Source of the DNA: Candidatus Aminicenantes bacterium
Lineage (GTDB): Bacteria; Acidobacteriota; Aminicenantia; Aminicenantales; Saccharicenantaceae
Direction: 5' to 3'
NCBI GenBank assembly: GCA_963796835.1
Contig: CAWCND010000011.1
Location: 6,086-70,085 of the forward strand
Length of the DNA: 64,000 nt
Below, one piece after another: positions 60,503 through 64,000 of this stretch. Numbering within the stretch: the first letter of the stretch is position 1; each line of letters opens with the position of its first letter. The position numbers were made by a program, and so were the translations under genes. The notes beneath the pieces were generated by a model. It had not been told where the DNA came from. It was given only the letters and a program-made list of their open reading frames with translations, and did no database searches.

Positions 60503-62524
60503 ATGAGGTCGAGATGCATCTTGGCGCTTTTCGTGTTGTCGGTCTTCTGCTTTGCCCCACAATCCAGCGGTCTTATGCCCCCGGGGAGTTCGTCCGGAAG
60601 CGGGCAATCACGCCCGACGACCCAATCCAAGCCCATTGTGAGCTCGGTAGCCCCAAGAGTCGTTAAGCTCCAGCAGGGCGGAGCGGCGCAGACCGTCGTG
60701 GTCCAAGGCCGCAACCTCAATCAGGCCGTCTTCGTTCAGGTCTTGTACCAAGGGAATGCCACCCCGAACGTTACGGCCAAGTTCCTTCAGCCTCGGACAT
60801 CCACGGAACTGAATGTGGAATTGAAGGCCTCGGCGCATGCGGTCATCGGAAGCGGATACCAAGTCAGGCTGGTCGCGGGCAATCAGCATATCGACGTCCC
60901 GGCCCAGGCTTTTGAGCTGGAGGTCATCAAGTCGGAAGGCCTTGCAGTTGCTCCCGCAGAAAAACAGTCCGGCGCGCCCGAAAAACCCGGAAGGCAGACC
61001 TCTTACGCGGCTGGTTCAAGAAGGCCCTCACCCCTGCGTTGGAGCCCCGTATCCATGGAAAACCCCGATCCCTCTCGGCCGCACTGTCCTGCGCTATCGA
61101 CAATCGCGTCAAAGGCTGTGCCGTCTGGGAAGATGGCCCAGGTCAAGGGTGAGCCATTCAAGTTCGCGACCCGTGCAAAGATCGCCTTCACGCCATTTGA
61201 GATGAAAGACCCCTCTACGGGGAAAGCGGTCACCCCGGACACCCAGCTGCCGGCTCCTTACGGCAAGGGGCCGATATCTGCAAGGGACTATTATGCCGAG
61301 CTCAACTGGGAGGAAGCGAGTTTCAACACCATGGGCTTCTCTCTGGATATCGGTCAGGACCCGGCCATGAAAGTCGATCTCAGTCCGGCGCCCGCCCGTC
61401 CAACCCACGGCGTCCAAAAGATCAAATGGCGCGATTATAAGGATACCCGACTGGCGACCCAACAGGGTGTCAAGAACAAACTCAGCAATGTCAGGAACTT
61501 CGCGCCGAGCCAAAGTGAGCAGCAGGCCTCCGGCAAGTTCACGGTACCAGTCCACGCCTACGGCGTACAGCCTCCGTATCATCAAACCGCAGCGGGAACC
61601 GCCTTCAGAGAATCCAACTGGCTGATCGGTGCGGAGGAAACTTGCAGCGCTGACCTGTCCGCGGATGTCGATAAAATGGACATCCACAATACCTGGGCGG
61701 TTCGGGGCTCGATCCTCGACAACTGGTTCGACATCATAAGGGTCGAAAGCGACACTTCCTCTCCTCTTTCAAACGGGCAGGCGTCCGCGACTTCGACCGC
61801 CTATTTCCTGGGTCAGGCCATGCCCTGGCAGGGCGCCAATTCTGTCACGTTGCCGGTCACTATGCCGGTGCCTCCCGGTCCCCTGAGGCAGATGAACGGG
61901 GGCGTTCCATCCCAACAATTCGAGGCCGCTTGCACGGGAAGCGATACGATCCCGCCCTATTCCTGGACGTTCACAATCGGCTATATTCCCGTGACCATCA
62001 GCGTGGGCGCAGGCGCCAACTCGGGAGCCGTTTTTTCAGGAACGATCAGCCCGACATTGACATTCAATAATCTCCAACCTTACGCAATGACCGATGTCTG
62101 GGCGAGCGCCGCGGTCGACCTCTGGCTCGTCGTGCCAAAAGTCACGGCCGACCTGACCCTGGTGAGTGCGGCTCCGGAAATCGAGGGCACCCTCACCAGA
62201 GAGTTTTCCGGAGACTGGACGGGCGGAAGCGCCCTGAAGCCCGTCCAGGCCGGTTCTCTCCCGGGGTGCGCCACGCAATATCTCGTGTATGAGTACTACA
62301 TCTTCAGGCAGCTGACGGCGTTATCGGGCGACATCACTCTCTCTCTGGATTTCAATTATCCGTGCTGGAAGGACTGGCGGCCAGGCCTATGCACCAAGGA
62401 ATATTCCTATGTCATCTGCTCGTGGCCCGGGCTCGTTCATAGCGAATACCTTGTGCCCCAGGCGACCGGAACCTATGACTTGGGCTATTATCCTCCAGGC
62501 AAGATTCCCGGATACGATTATTAA
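60503..62524 (+). CDS. Secreted 673-aa protein: Ig/IPT-like N-terminal domain, linker, C-terminal beta-strand-rich domain
   Basis: Signal peptide; PIVSSVAP..VVVQGRNL; long run of alternating beta-strands at the C-terminus. Confidence 0.75.
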   Translation: MRSRCILALFVLSVFCFAPQSSGLMPPGSSSGSGQSRPTTQSKPIVSSVAPRVVKLQQGGAAQTVVVQGRNLNQAVFVQVLYQGNATPNVTAKFLQPRTSTELNVELKASAHAVIGSGYQVRLVAGNQHIDVPAQAFELEVIKSEGLAVAPAEKQSGAPEKPGRQTSYAAGSRRPSPLRWSPVSMENPDPSRPHCPALSTIASKAVPSGKMAQVKGEPFKFATRAKIAFTPFEMKDPSTGKAVTPDTQLPAPYGKGPISARDYYAELNWEEASFNTMGFSLDIGQDPAMKVDLSPAPARPTHGVQKIKWRDYKDTRLATQQGVKNKLSNVRNFAPSQSEQQASGKFTVPVHAYGVQPPYHQTAAGTAFRESNWLIGAEETCSADLSADVDKMDIHNTWAVRGSILDNWFDIIRVESDTSSPLSNGQASATSTAYFLGQAMPWQGANSVTLPVTMPVPPGPLRQMNGGVPSQQFEAACTGSDTIPPYSWTFTIGYIPVTISVGAGANSGAVFSGTISPTLTFNNLQPYAMTDVWASAAVDLWLVVPKVTADLTLVSAAPEIEGTLTREFSGDWTGGSALKPVQAGSLPGCATQYLVYEYYIFRQLTALSGDITLSLDFNYPCWKDWRPGLCTKEYSYVICSWPGLVHSEYLVPQATGTYDLGYYPPGKIPGYDY

Positions 62525-62610
62525 CGCGGTTGGCTGTTTGAAAGGCCGGCGCGGGCAGATAGGCGCCGATTGTTATCGTTCAAGGCCAAGAGCGCGGGGG
62601 ATTCCCGTCG

Positions 62611-64000
62611 ATGGGGCTTGAAAAGCTCAGGAAGAAGCCCGCGGCCTTGATCGCCGCGGCAACTATCCTGTTACTCATTCTGCTGGCCGTAGCGGCTAAG
62701 AGCCTCTTACGCCCCCCGATCGCCTACAAATTCTCCCCGGGAGAACGTCTTGTCTTTGATGTCGATTCGATGGCGCTGGCGGAAGTCGACATCTCGGCGC
62801 TGTCTGCCAACGGGACGCCCTCAAAAGCGCCTGAAAAAGACAGCCTGCCGCCGATGGCCCAATCCTTTCATGTTCATGTCCGAGCGCAGCTCGCAATGTC
62901 CGTCCTGGACACAAAAGACAACCGACTGACCGTTTCGTATAGATTCATCAATCCCGTCTTCGAATTGGATATGAACGGAAGCGATACGCCGGACCTGGCA
63001 GAAGCACTTTCGCAGAGCTTGAACGGCATGATCTTATCCTCCATGGACCCACGGGGCCGCATCTTGTCCGTCTTTTTCGACCCCAGGATGAGCCGCCCGG
63101 CACAGAACTTCGCCAAATCTCTATTGGCGAGAATCCAATTCGTATTCCCCGACAGGGCCGTTTCCGCGAAGACGCGATCATGGGAAGTCCAGGAAGATGA
63201 CCCGAACGGCGAGTACACGGCCCACTATGAATCGATCGATCGTCCGAGGGGTCCAGGATCCCCGAAGGAGTCTTCTGAGAGGAGGACATTCCGAAAAACC
63301 AGGCGGAACTATGTGTTGCCGGACACCGGTCAGAGACCGTCGGGTCAAACAACCAAAGGAACGATCGTCCCGTCGGGGAGTTTCGATGCCCTTTTCGATG
63401 TTCGGGCGGGATTCCTGGAACGACTGACCGGGTCCGAGACGGATAGCGTTTTCATCGGCGACAGGAAGGTCAGCCAGTCCGATACCTCCATGCAACTCGT
63501 GTTGCAAAGGGCGGAAACTCTCCGGCCGTTAGAATTGGCGGAGTTGCTCACGCAGGGAGAGGAGAGGAGGGCAACAGTTAAGCCGGTCCCACTCTCGGGT
63601 TCGCTCTCCCAAGAAGAAGCCGATCGGCTTCTCGAGCTGAGCACACTTGGCCGGGAAACCATCGGGTCGTTGCTCGCCGAACTCGGCCAATCCGACGCTA
63701 GGGGTGACAAGAGGAACTCCTCCCTCTATCTGAAGTTCCGAGCCCTTGCCAATCTCCATCCCGAAACCTGCGAGACTCTGGGCCAGCATCTGATCGAGGC
63801 ACCGCCAAAGAGTTTGACACGGCGAATCCTAATGGACGCCCTCGGTTCGGCCAAGTGCCCAGAAGCTCAAGCGGCCTTGGTCAACGTGATCCGTTCGATG
63901 TCCATGGATGCATCCCTTCAAGCCGAGATCCTAGCCAAACTCGCGATGACGGATCAACCGACGCTGCTGGCAGAGAATACCCTGCGCGACCTTGCCGCGC
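62611..64000 (+). CDS. Membrane-anchored vitellogenin/MTP N-terminal-like (LLT module) protein with HEAT-like helices (partial, runs off the window)
   Basis: Hand-translated open frame from ATG 62611: MGLEKLRKKPAALIAAATILLLILLAVAAK...YKFSPGERLVF...MDPRGRILSVFFDP...QNFAKSLLARIQF...WEVQEDDPNGEYTAHY...LMDALGSAKCPEAQAAL. Confidence 0.7.
   Translation, partial: MGLEKLRKKPAALIAAATILLLILLAVAAKSLLRPPIAYKFSPGERLVFDVDSMALAEVDISALSANGTPSKAPEKDSLPPMAQSFHVHVRAQLAMSVLDTKDNRLTVSYRFINPVFELDMNGSDTPDLAEALSQSLNGMILSSMDPRGRILSVFFDPRMSRPAQNFAKSLLARIQFVFPDRAVSAKTRSWEVQEDDPNGEYTAHYESIDRPRGPGSPKESSERRTFRKTRRNYVLPDTGQRPSGQTTKGTIVPSGSFDALFDVRAGFLERLTGSETDSVFIGDRKVSQSDTSMQLVLQRAETLRPLELAELLTQGEERRATVKPVPLSGSLSQEEADRLLELSTLGRETIGSLLAELGQSDARGDKRNSSLYLKFRALANLHPETCETLGQHLIEAPPKSLTRRILMDALGSAKCPEAQAALVNVIRSMSMDASLQAEILAKLAMTDQPTLLAENTLRDLAA

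Noticed and set aside
62696-63789. Short minus-strand ORFs listed in the track at the window end
   Set aside because: They overlap the long plus-strand frame starting at 62611, which has coherent domain features.

Overview
GC-rich bacterial chromosomal window. The gene content suggests an anaerobic glycan/peptide degrader such as Ca. Aminicenantes, but this is an inference. Many conserved genes carry single-base frameshifts in GC-rich stretches, most likely long-read consensus errors. Bases 1-2.35 kb are the end of a surface-polysaccharide locus: WbpB/WbpD-like genes, a small YIDPGTGS membrane protein and a NoeA-like kinase/methyltransferase. Bases 2.5-45 kb hold hydrolases (GH29, DUF5916, serine hydrolase, BNR/VPS10-like, GH36, amidase), MFS/ABC/ECF transporters, ychF, aroD, pyrB, tag, an AbrB-PIN toxin-antitoxin pair and an RRM RNA-binding protein. 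Bases 45-57 kb are accessory and include an unusual enzyme cluster: ANL ligase, beta-decarboxylating dehydrogenase, isochorismatase-ALDH fusion, PLP decarboxylase, methyltransferase and GT-C. Bases 56.7-60.4 kb are a mobile-DNA scar with a mini-IS3, an IS91-like remnant with duplicated ends, a 54-bp hairpin element seen at both filled and empty sites, low-GC genes, and two complementary RRM gene fragments. The window ends with the most striking feature: a secreted protein followed by a membrane-anchored ORF, absent from the ORF track, that resembles the vitellogenin/MTP lipid-transfer N-terminal module. No rRNA, tRNA or CRISPR array was seen.
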